Origin: Chlorokybus atmophyticus
Taxonomy: Eukaryota; Plantae; Mesostigma and Chlorokybus algae
Length of the DNA stretch: 64,000 bases
Reading direction: 5' to 3'
Assembly (NCBI GenBank): GCA_009103225.1
Contig: RHPI01000277.1
Span: forward strand, 642,074-706,073
Position numbers and translations under genes: made by a program
The notes under the pieces: model-generated
The model's database searches: none
What the model saw: only the letters and a program-made list of their open reading frames with translations
What the model was told of the DNA's origin: nothing
Part shown: piece by piece, positions 47,817 to 57,247 of the stretch
Layout: every line of letters starts with the position of its first letter
How positions within the stretch are numbered: position 1 is the first letter of the stretch

Positions 47817-50720
47817 TCACTTTTCCTTTTTTGTCATGTCAGCATCCTTTGTTCCAACAACCTTCTTCTTCTTTTTTTTGTCAACCTGCACATCCTGACA
47901 GGCGCTCTCTGTGGCACTGTCACTCAGAGGAGGTAAGGCATTATCTTCTTGCTCCACAGCCTTGCGCTTATTGGTTGCCTCCCGTTCCTCCACGACCTCA
48001 TGTTGCTTCATGAGGTCGAGCATGAAGCCTTTGTCTTTCAGCGCAGCTCTCATAACATCTCAATCAATCTCTTTACCAACAAGACAGGCTGGGATCAATG
48101 TGGCAAGCTTTGAGGGAGAGGGCGAGCTACAGCTGCTTCTTGATGGAGATGCCTCCGGATGGTCAGAGTGCGGTGGCAAGTGAGTCTCCGCGGCAGGAGG
48201 GAGGGTGCTGAATTGTTATTGCGAGCATGTGGCTATGGTTGAGGGGAGGCAGGATGTGCAGAACACTCGGCTACTTGTTGCCTAGCACAAAAGGTGAGGC
48301 CTGAGGCGTTGGCGCAGCACTCTGGGTCACAGCCGGTGGTAGCGGGGAATTGGCAACGCCATTCCGCCACTCTCCGATCAGGTGTGTTACCTCCGGTGGC
48401 ACTTCATGCATAGGCCACGACCACTGTTTGGTGCTTGCAGGCTTGAGGAGCTCAAAGTGTGCTTCTGGCTCATCAGGAGCAGTATTGCCCACCACCAGGA
48501 ATAAGTTGGGGGCTTCTTTATTTCCAACCCAAACTGCGCTGTCGGGCCGTGGCACCCACTCCCCATGCTCGCGCTGAACGGTCACGCAGCCAATCAACAA
48601 GCCCAGTTTGTTGGCAAACATGGTCATGTACAGGTGCTCGACGTACACATCTTTTCTCCGCACGATTTGTCGCACCTTGGCCATGGCTATGTTAATGTTG
48701 CAATTGACATCATCCAACATGGTCGCAGGCAGTTTGTCGTAATACTGCGCCATCTCTCCCGCGGCACCAGTGGCTCTGTAGAAGTCTAGGATTTTCTCGC
48801 CACGCCTGCATCAACAGCCTTGGCGGTGATTTTGCGGAGAGTGTCCCCCCTGCCGTCGTCGTCCATGGTGTCCAGCATGGCCCAAAATCAGCTCGAGCTG
48901 TGGTACTTGTGATTATCCAGGACACTTTGCGCTATAGATGGCCTGGCGCGAAATACACAATGGTAGAAGCAATCATCATCCGTTGGGGCATTGAAGTGGT
49001 CCCATGAGGCGAGCTGGCCACCTAGCATGACTGATGGCCGTATGCGGGTTGCGGCCAGCTCCTCTGATGACTCGCTGGCAGGTGGTGACCCCTGCTGCAT
49101 GCGCATATAGCACTCAAATGGTGTGTCCAACTGTGGACGGCAAGAGTCATAGTGACCGATAAAGTACCTGAATTTGGGGCAGACTGCCGGCTTCAACTTT
49201 GTTCGGGTGGAGTAAGGTAGGTGCAGAAACCACATCGGTTGTTGCATTTTGCTGTGGTTTCGCTGGTGGCGGCAAGAAGGATTGTTGCCCCGCAATCACC
49301 GTTGCTGCTTGTGGAGGAGATGGCACTGCATAAAGGACTGGTGCCGCGGAAGGTGGTTGCGCTCTGGCTGCGAGGAGAGCAGGAGCGGCAGGTGAGACCA
49401 CTTGTGCATGCAGCAAGGGGGGTTGTATACAGGACCCAGCATAAGATGGCTCACAATGTTGCAAAGGACAAATAAAAGCTTATGCAGTGTCTAACGCATT
49501 GTTACCAAGGCACGAGCATAAACGACAGCGACTTACCTCAATGGCCCATGGGCTGCATGGAGCAGGGGAAGCCATGGGGGCTGACAAGGTGGTATTGGGT
49601 GCACTCTCCCCGCCACCCTCGATCGCAGACTCGTCACGGAGCTCGTGAGCCATGGGCACATCATGCGCCACTGCCCCAATGGACATGTCGGGATTCAATA
49701 GGCCAACATGCATGTTAAACGGATGCCGCATTGCCGCCGCGCCCATCAGCAAATGGGATTGAAGAACCAGTTGATGGGATTGAATCCAGGCTTGCATAGC
49801 AGCTCCTAGTGCACTGTGGTGCTGTCAACTAATCACATGTGGGTTAGCTGCATGCTTGCGACACTGCAATTGCAATAGTCAACTGCGTCACACCGTCATC
49901 AGTTGGTTGCTTCGAACAGTCACCTGCGGCATTACTGGTTGATGCACGAATGATTGCATAGACTACGAGATTGCTGGTTGATGCATTGGTTAAATGCCGG
50001 ACAAATGGCCACGCGCTCCTGTGCTCAAACCCAGCCTACTTCGTTCGGCACGCGCGCGCGATATCGCACGCTCACGCACATCCTAGCATGCAAAGGTAGG
50101 CATGCATTGGAGGTGCATGCGGTCAACATGCACAGCGAGATTGGCAACAACATACCGCCGCCCAACTCTGTCTATCCGCTCTGGGTTCCGCAATGTTGGC
50201 TTGACTGTAGGGTGAGTATGGGTGAATAGTGGAGGCCTGCAGCCACGCTACATGTATCACTTGGACTGCGCTAAAAAACAAATTGCTCTTGCAAGGAAAT
50301 GCATGAGACTGTTGCGAGCGTACCTCTGCATTCTTGTGTGCTTGTTCCCACAGCCGCAATTGGTCCCGCATGGTTCTGACCAGGGGCTCCAAGGACTGCA
50401 GCTCCTAATCCACTCTTGTTGCAGAAAGCGAGCCACCAAGCAGCTCTCTGTGTGAAGATGGTCCTTAATGGCTTGCCTGCTGGTTTGTCCAATGTTGGTG
50501 ATGCATGTTTGACAGCCCCATTGCTGACGCCTGCCATGATCCATGACATGGCGCCCGGTAGTAGCTGGCTTCGCTGCTTGAACTCTTACGACCACAACTT
50601 CTTGCAAGATGCGCCACGCCGCCGCGGCCGCCGCCGCCTCCTCCGACTCCTGGTCCTCCGCCTCGTAGTCGAACTCAGGCCCACTATGCCTGACATTCGA
50701 CCCGTCATCGACCTGGTGCC
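47817..50720 (-). pseudogene. Multi-exon gene with an N-terminal C2HC-like finger and an OTU-like cysteine protease domain
   Basis: WGCQTC..IKDHLHTESC; HFNAPTDDDCFYHCV (Cys 48969-48971), LRKITAKAV, DVYVEHLYMTMFANKLGLLIG, NLFLVV..AHFELL (His 48457-48459). One TGA and one frameshift within the domain. Confidence 0.55.
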
Positions 50721-50802
50721 CCTGCGTGCCATCATCCGGCCATCAATGAAGCGTGTTTGCGTGAGTGCACGCTAACTCCCATTTGGGCTCATCGAGCAAT
50801 GC

Positions 50803-50832
50803 CTCTGTCGTACCATGAATGGTACGACAGAG
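50803..50832. promoter_or_regulatory. Palindromic CGTACCAT/ATGGTACG site between divergent genes
   Basis: CTCTGTCGTACCAT-GA-ATGGTACGACAGAG has 14-bp perfect arms; a near-copy lies at ~50870. Regulatory role is inferred. Confidence 0.45.
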
Positions 50833-51134
50833 CCATTGTACGGCAATGGTTGGGGTTGGACGAGAGATGCCTCTGTCGTACCATAAATGTTACGACACAA
50901 TCATTGGTAACAATGGTTGTACGAAGCATGGATGCAACGAATGCATAAGTCGTACCATCAACCATCGGAGCAAGGACGCACTACAAGTGCGACTTTAGTG
51001 CGGGACACTAGACGTTCAAAACCGTGTCATTTTCGTTTTCGCACTTCGTACACGGCCCAACCGGCGGCGGCAGTGTTGGAGGCGGCAGCGCCACTATCAG
51101 CTAAACAGGCGGCACCCGACTATCAGTTGGAGAG

Positions 51135-52940
51135 ATGCTTCGTGGTCCATCCGTAGGTGCACCTCGTCGTGGAGGTCGGCGCCAGTTGTCCACATTGCCC
51201 CCAGTGTTCAACCAGGCAACCGTCGCCAACCAATCGCAGCAAGACCCCGCGCTAACGCCCAGCACATCACAACAACTCCACCTGACACCGCAGTCGCAAG
51301 GGCAAGCTAGACTGCATGCGTTCTTGATGCACTGTGCACGTTGCTTCTTGCTCAACTTCTAACTTGGATGCTTGCTTCTTTCGTGACTGGCACGGCGACT
51401 CACTGCATGCGTTCTGGATACACTGTGCACGTTGTTCTTCTTTTGCAACTGTGAGGGTTGCATTTTTCATGGCTGGCAGCATGACTCATGTGGTTGTGCT
51501 TGCAGAGGGTTGATTCGAACCCCAACCCAAACGCTTTTGGCCGTGACGTGGCAACCTCGGCAGTCAGCAACCCTTCCCCAAGCAAGTGGAAGATTGGCAA
51601 CGAGGTAAGCACTGTGTGACACTGTGACACTGTGTGTAAGTGTGTAACGGATTGTTCTTCTGTGGACAGCATTTGTGAGATGCCGTCGTTGAAATCATAA
51701 ACGGCCACATTTGTCCCAAGGAGAACACTAATCGTAACGTCACGTGTCAGGTGCTGTGAATGCTTCAGACCGCACTGCACCGTGACACTGACCAACGTGC
51801 CCGTGATAGGTAGTTGGCTTCAACCATAACGACGAGGCCAATGCGGCCAAGTTCTATGAGGTGTACTGGACTCCCAAGGAGTGCCCCTTCCACTGGAGTG
51901 TTGCCTTGAAGAAAGCTATGCAGGTTCGCTCCGAGAACGTCACAAAGATCAAGCATGTCCTTGAGAAGGAGTACAAGTGGACACTGTTTAACAGCAACAA
52001 CCGCAAGTGAGTTGGGTCCCTTACCACCATGTCTGCTATGCAACACTGCCTTCTTACTCAGCCTCCACACACACGTACACATCTCGCCTATTGTAACGGA
52101 TTCAGGCACATCGACGCCCTAATGGACCCCGAGACCCAAAAAGCCCAGATGCGCAACGCGCTCCAAAGTAAGTCGCAGGCACTATTCTAGCCTGGTGCAG
52201 GCTCAACTTGAACTACCTGTATCGTAACTAATGCCTTGTTGGTATGATTGTCGCAGACAAGTCATAGCGGAGATTTATGGTGACCGATAATGCAGACTCG
52301 AGCGGAGGAGATACATCCATGAATGGGGCAATCCCATAATCTGCCAAATGATCGTGCAATGCTGGTCTTACGCCGTCACTACACCTGGTCGCCGGCAGCT
52401 GACAGTCAACCACCTCGCATACCTGTTGCTTACGGTGAGCACTCTGAACTCCATCATTAGCAATTCAGGAATGCTGTAGCCCCAAACTGCGGGCTTGCAG
52501 ACGCGTTGCAGTGAATAGTGGCTTTCAATGCCACTAAGACATGCCCATAAACTACGCAGGTGGAGCGCATCCTAAAGGGCAAGGATGGAGACCCTCTCCT
52601 AGCTGCCAGCATCAACACACACGAAGAGTACCTCAGCGAAATCAACACCATGATCATGTCAAAGAAGCGGGAGATGAGGCAACGGTACGCAGCCCTCCAG
52701 CTATTCACCCTTGTGAAACGCCGCACTGCATCTTGTGTCAAATACCTAAGAGATCCTAATCGGCGCCGACCGCAAGAGACAGCAGCTCGTGACCCGCTCA
52801 CTGAGGCAGAAGCGGCATTAGATTGGCTGGCACAACCGTTTGAGGAGGAAGAGCAAGCTCCGGCGTCTCCTCCACAGGCCCCAGCGCGTGGTGCTTTGTT
52901 CCATGATGACGAGCAAAGCGATGATGGAGAGGAGCTGTAG
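51135..52940 (+). pseudogene. Orphan spliced accessory gene of the large element
   Basis: Exon-like blocks FYEVYWTPKECPFHWSVALKKAMQVR..EYKWTLFN, YIHEWGNPIICQMIVQCWSY..HLAYLLLT, and VERILKGKDGDPLL..EEYLSEIN.. with an acidic tail ending at 52940. Contains stops; 5' structure uncertain. Confidence 0.45.
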
Positions 52941-53673
52941 CGCAATTGGTAGTCCGTTTAGCTGGTAGTGTACATAGCTGCAAGGCTCTTGTGACTGAGT
53001 GTTGTGCATCTTAAACCAGCTTAGTCAATCGTTGTTATGCTCATGTATGTCAATACTTGCATCCCTATGATATACAACAGACCTGCATTCGAGTCACATA
53101 ATCGAACTACAAGCCTTGGCAAGTGCCTGAGAGACACTGTACACATCTCAGGTACATGTACACAGCACGGGCACACAACAATGCTGGCAGTCAGTGACAG
53201 TCGCGTGTAGTCAAGCTATGCAAATACATATGACGACAGTTAGGCATCAGTCATCTTCAGTATTTAAAGAATGCCTTATTTTGTCGATAATTACCTAGTT
53301 GGTGCTTGTAGATTAGGCTTTGTCGCCTGCGCTGGACTAGTGTGTAACCTGCAGGTGCCTGTCACACAGGCTGAGTTACCTAAGTAAGTGTCGTGCCTGC
53401 CATGGTCGAGGGCAACCTTGTCTCGGACAGGCTGCGGAGGAGTGCTAGTGCTGCACGCATGCTAGTGCCGTGCACTGCATTGCAGTCATGCAAACAAAAG
53501 ACACCCCCCCAATCGTGGGCATAGGCTTGAAGATGGGCCTACGCGATGTTTAGTGCAGTGGACGAGCCGATGCCGCTCGCCACCTTTGTGTACAGACTGT
53601 GTCGTAGTGCACACAGTCAACAAGCCACCCCCCCTGAGATTCTGGGGTAGCCCTCTGCTCAAGAACTCAGTGC

Positions 53674-53907
53674 CTACCGACTGTGTGGGGGACCGTTGAT
53701 GCGGCAGTCATCGCACCAGTACTCCCACAAGGGTACTGCGTCCAGTGGAGGGTCAAGGCAGTAGCAGTGCATGCCTTGAGTACAGCCGTCGCATAACATC
53801 ATCAATGGGTCGTCGTCGGCGCTGCCACACTTCTCGCTTCGGGTGCTGCGCAGCGGACGCGGGTGCTGGATCTTGGTGAAGCCAGCAATGTAGGGGAGAT
53901 GACAGGG
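53674..53907 (-). pseudogene. PHD finger at the integrase C-terminus (shifted frame, not in the ORF track)
   Basis: PCHLPYIAG...SEKCGSADDDPLMMLCDGCTQGMHCYCLDPPLDAVPLWEYWCDDC; the first Cys reads Ser (AGC). Confidence 0.85.
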
Positions 53908-55078
53908 CGCAGTTGTTGACCATGTTGTCTTTCATGCGCTCGCCTCGTTGTCCCAACAGGTCCAGTACCCCTGTGGGGTGCACCTTCAATACCTTGTAGA
54001 CAGCACGCCCGACGGAGGTATCGAGGGTGTCGCGTGTAGACGCCATACGGTAGACGAAGTCTCCTGACTCGAAGCGGCGTTCCCGCTCCTTGTAAAAACC
54101 ACTGCGCACACGCTCGTAGCGCAGCGTGTCGCGGTGCTGCGCGATGCGCAGGTTGTCGAAGGCCATGGGGACGGTGTGTTCGAACAGCGCACTGCGCACT
54201 GTCAGATCATACAACATCTCGTCAGGGTTGTCGAGATTGTCCACCACTCTGTCGACCTCCTGCTGTGCGCGGAAAGGGAGCAATGGCTGCCTTCCGAACA
54301 GTAGATAGTATGGGCTGTACTCTCGCAGGGCTGCCTGCTTGGACAGCCGGTAGCCCATTGCTACCCATGGGAGGTGATCATCCCAGGTATTCTTCTCGTA
54401 GGCGAGGACGTACTTGCGCAGTGCCTTCTTGATGGTCTGCACGGTACGCTCGGCGAGGCCGTCGGCATGTGGGTGGTCGCGTGAGGTGCGACGGTGGTCG
54501 ATGAAGCATCTGTCGATAAGCTTGTCGAAGGCTCCTCTGAACTCCGTGCCCTGGTCGGTGATGACTTCAGCACAGCTGTCGAAGCGTCCGAGTACATGGG
54601 AGAGGAAAGCCTGGGCTACTCCCTCACTGCTCTTGTCGGGCAGGGGCACCAGCTCCACCCACTTGGAGAAGTGCTCGATCATGACGAGGATGTAGCGGTT
54701 GCCTCGCGCTGAGGGCGCTAGGTCTCCGAGGATGTCCAGTCCCCAGCGGTAGAACAACCCGGAAATGGGAAGGGGATGCAAGGTGGCATTGCGCGTATTG
54801 AGGCTGGCGCGAACCATGTCACACTGCTGACAGTTGCTGACGAACTCCCGCACCTGTCTGTGCACCCCATACCACCAGTACTGGGTCCTGACCAGGCTGA
54901 CCGTGCGCTTGACACCGAAGTGCCCGAGCTCGGTGTGAAGGGAGGAGATGATGCCTTCACGTGCAGCTGGTGTGGGGACCTCCTGATCTGCATCTTGTAT
55001 CCGTCGATACAGCCTGTCGTTGGCCCAGCGGTAACGCTGAGTGCGTTGTCGGACGCGGTCCTTCTCGCGTGCGCTCAT
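53753..55078 (-). CDS. Gypsy integrase (HHCC + DDE)
   Basis: HTELGHFG..YWW..CQQC, RWGLDILG, IEHFSKW, ITDQGTEF, HPHADGLAERTVQTIK. Confidence 0.95.
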   Translation of the reverse strand: MSAREKDRVRQRTQRYRWANDRLYRRIQDADQEVPTPAAREGIISSLHTELGHFGVKRTVSLVRTQYWWYGVHRQVREFVSNCQQCDMVRASLNTRNATLHPLPISGLFYRWGLDILGDLAPSARGNRYILVMIEHFSKWVELVPLPDKSSEGVAQAFLSHVLGRFDSCAEVITDQGTEFRGAFDKLIDRCFIDHRRTSRDHPHADGLAERTVQTIKKALRKYVLAYEKNTWDDHLPWVAMGYRLSKQAALREYSPYYLLFGRQPLLPFRAQQEVDRVVDNLDNPDEMLYDLTVRSALFEHTVPMAFDNLRIAQHRDTLRYERVRSGFYKERERRFESGDFVYRMASTRDTLDTSVGRAVYKVLKVHPTGVLDLLGQRGERMKDNMVNNCALSSPLHCWLHQDPAPASAAQHPKREVWQRRRRPIDDVMRRLYSRHALLLP

Positions 55079-55129
55079 GCCTGCTGGAAGTTGTCCAGTC
55101 TGAAGCAGTGCGAGGGATGGCTCGTCCAG

Positions 55130-57247
55130 CTAGATGTCTTGTCGTGTGTCGGTGGGTGCCAACTCCTCATCATCTACCTTAGGGTCGGCCGCGATTGCTT
55201 CTTCTGATAAAGGATCGGTGGTGGTGATGGCGGGCTCGAGAGCGGGCATGTCCCCGTCTGCTGCTGCCTCAGCGATCTGAGTCCTGCGTCCTGAGCGTAG
55301 CGCAGCGACAGCGAACATGGTGGCCACACCTGCAGGTGCAGCTGTAGGACCCAACTCATGTCGGGCGCCTGTGGCGTCGTTGGTGCTGAGGTGGGGGTTA
55401 CGGCTGAGGCCATCCGCATCCTGGTTGGCAAGGCCTGCGCGGTGTTCCACCTCGAAGTCGTACTCCTGGAGCAGCAGCGCCCATCGTGCTAACTTTCCTG
55501 TCAAGTGCTGGTTGTTCATTAGCCACTTGAGGGGTTGATGGTCAGTGACCAGTTGGAACTGCCGTCCAAACAGAAAGGGTCGGAAGAAGGAGATGGCCCA
55601 CACTGCGGCGAGACACTCCCCTTCGTAACTGCTGTAGTTGGCCTGAGCATTGTTGTTGCTGCGGCTGGCGTACGACACTACGCGCTCCTTCTTGTTGTTG
55701 TCGTGCTGTACGAGCACGACCCCCATGCCGAGCTTGCTCCAGTCTGTGTGCAGGATGAACGACCTGGTGTAGTCAGGGCGCTGCAGAATGGGAGCTGTGG
55801 TGAGGCGGAGCTTCAGTTCCTGAAAGGCCTCCTGTTGTGCCTCCTTCCACAAGAACTCGGTATCCTTCTTCAGTAGTTCGTTGAGAGGCCTTGCGATCTT
55901 GGCAAAGTCTTTGACAAACCGTCGGTAATAGTTGCCAAGGCCAAGGAAGGCCCGCAGCCGCGTGAGGTCTGTGGGGGCAGGGATAGCCACCAGTGCCTCC
56001 ACTTTGGCCTGCTGTACGTACACACCATGGGGCACAATCATGTGTCCTAGGTAGGGTACCTTGTGGGTGAAGAAGGTGCACTTGTCAGGGTGCACCGTCA
56101 TCCCGACTTCCTTCAGCCTCTGTAGCACCTCTTCGATGTGCTGGAGATGCTCCTCATTGCTGTGACTGAAGATGAGGATGTCGTCGATGTAGCAGCGTGC
56201 GAAGTCCAACCCCTTGAGGGCTTTGTCCATGACGCGCTGGAACTTGGCCGGAGCGTTCTTCAGCCCGAAGGGCATGACCTTCCACTGGTACAGCTGCCGG
56301 TTTCCCCAGAAGGAAGTCTTGTGCTTGTCCTCCTCCTTGATGGCGATCTGGTTGTACCCTTGGCGCATATCCAGGATACTAAAGACCGTGCAGTCTCCTA
56401 CATCGTCAAAGATGCCTTCTGCGGTAGGCATTGGATACCTGTCCTGCTTGGTCTTGTTGTTGAGGGGGCGATAGTCGCCACACATGCGCCGGTCTGTCCA
56501 GTTGCCTGCTGAATCTTTCTTTTGGGGCATGACGGTCGCGGCCGCAAAGTCCGATGTGGACTCCTCGATCAGGCCTGCATCTAGCAGCGCCTTACACCTC
56601 TGTTCCACCAAGTCTTCTTCTAGCTTGGAGAGGCGGTACTGTCTTCTGAACACCGGTTCGGCGTTCATTAGTTCAATGTCCATCTGGTATGCTGAGCAGA
56701 TGCCCAGCTCCTTCACACTGAAGCTGAATTGGCTCCTCCACTTGTTGAGGAGAGCCTCGAGTTGCTCTCGAGTCTGACTTGTGGCCAGCGCTCCAATGGC
56801 GTGGGACCACGAGATAGCGTTGGCGACCACTGGAATGTCTTCCACAGTGACTGCTGCCTGCTCCTCCATGTGGGCGGTCTCGAGGGCGGTGTGTGCTGCT
56901 TTGGTCTCTGAAAAGCGAGCAATCCACCCCCCAACCAGGTGTTCGAGCTCCTGGAAGGACACATGGCGGTCCTGGAGAGCAAAGCACATTTCCAAGTACC
57001 ACACCATGCTGTTCTGATCCATGGCGCGTCCTAACAACTGACATTGTTGACTGGTTGTCAGCGTGGAGCATGTGATGCTGCCTGGAAAGAATCCCATAGC
57101 ACGCTCGCGCTCACGAGCGTTGGTTCTTCCAGCTGTCCAGTGTTGGAGTTTAACACCATGCCGTCGCCTGCATTGCGGAACGCGTAGGAGCCTGGATAGG
57201 ATACAAGTGTGGGTAGCGCGCGGCGCGGCTGACCAGGCTGGTTGCAC
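55130..57247 (-). CDS. Gypsy reverse transcriptase + RNase H (N-terminus carries the tail of the MTase)
   Basis: RMCGDYRPLN, YPMP, LDMRQGYNQI, MPFGLKNAP, CYIDDILIFS, FLGLGNYYRRF, LHTDWS..GVVL, EGECLAAVWA, TDHQPLKW. Confidence 0.97.
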   Translation of the reverse strand: MQPAWSAAPRATHTCILSRLLRVPQCRRRHGVKLQHWTAGRTNARERERAMGFFPGSITCSTLTTSQQCQLLGRAMDQNSMVWYLEMCFALQDRHVSFQELEHLVGGWIARFSETKAAHTALETAHMEEQAAVTVEDIPVVANAISWSHAIGALATSQTREQLEALLNKWRSQFSFSVKELGICSAYQMDIELMNAEPVFRRQYRLSKLEEDLVEQRCKALLDAGLIEESTSDFAAATVMPQKKDSAGNWTDRRMCGDYRPLNNKTKQDRYPMPTAEGIFDDVGDCTVFSILDMRQGYNQIAIKEEDKHKTSFWGNRQLYQWKVMPFGLKNAPAKFQRVMDKALKGLDFARCYIDDILIFSHSNEEHLQHIEEVLQRLKEVGMTVHPDKCTFFTHKVPYLGHMIVPHGVYVQQAKVEALVAIPAPTDLTRLRAFLGLGNYYRRFVKDFAKIARPLNELLKKDTEFLWKEAQQEAFQELKLRLTTAPILQRPDYTRSFILHTDWSKLGMGVVLVQHDNNKKERVVSYASRSNNNAQANYSSYEGECLAAVWAISFFRPFLFGRQFQLVTDHQPLKWLMNNQHLTGKLARWALLLQEYDFEVEHRAGLANQDADGLSRNPHLSTNDATGARHELGPTAAPAGVATMFAVAALRSGRRTQIAEAAADGDMPALEPAITTTDPLSEEAIAADPKVDDEELAPTDTRQDI

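Larger units (their letters stand above)
38858..52940. mobile_element. Large (>=14 kb) multi-gene DNA transposon with a Plavaka-type transposase; right end not in the window
   Basis: The left terminus CGTCGCAAGTTTTACACGGTGACTGA... matches the reverse complement of the MITE A right end at 57/64 nt. Transposase and cargo genes follow. The boundary at 52940 is only the last gene before the Gypsy element. Confidence 0.6.

Noticed and set aside
38858-52940. Bacterial or phage contaminant, or a restriction-modification operon
   Set aside because: The genes have spliceosomal introns and eukaryotic domains (Tudor, OTU-like), and the region is continuous with host repeats.
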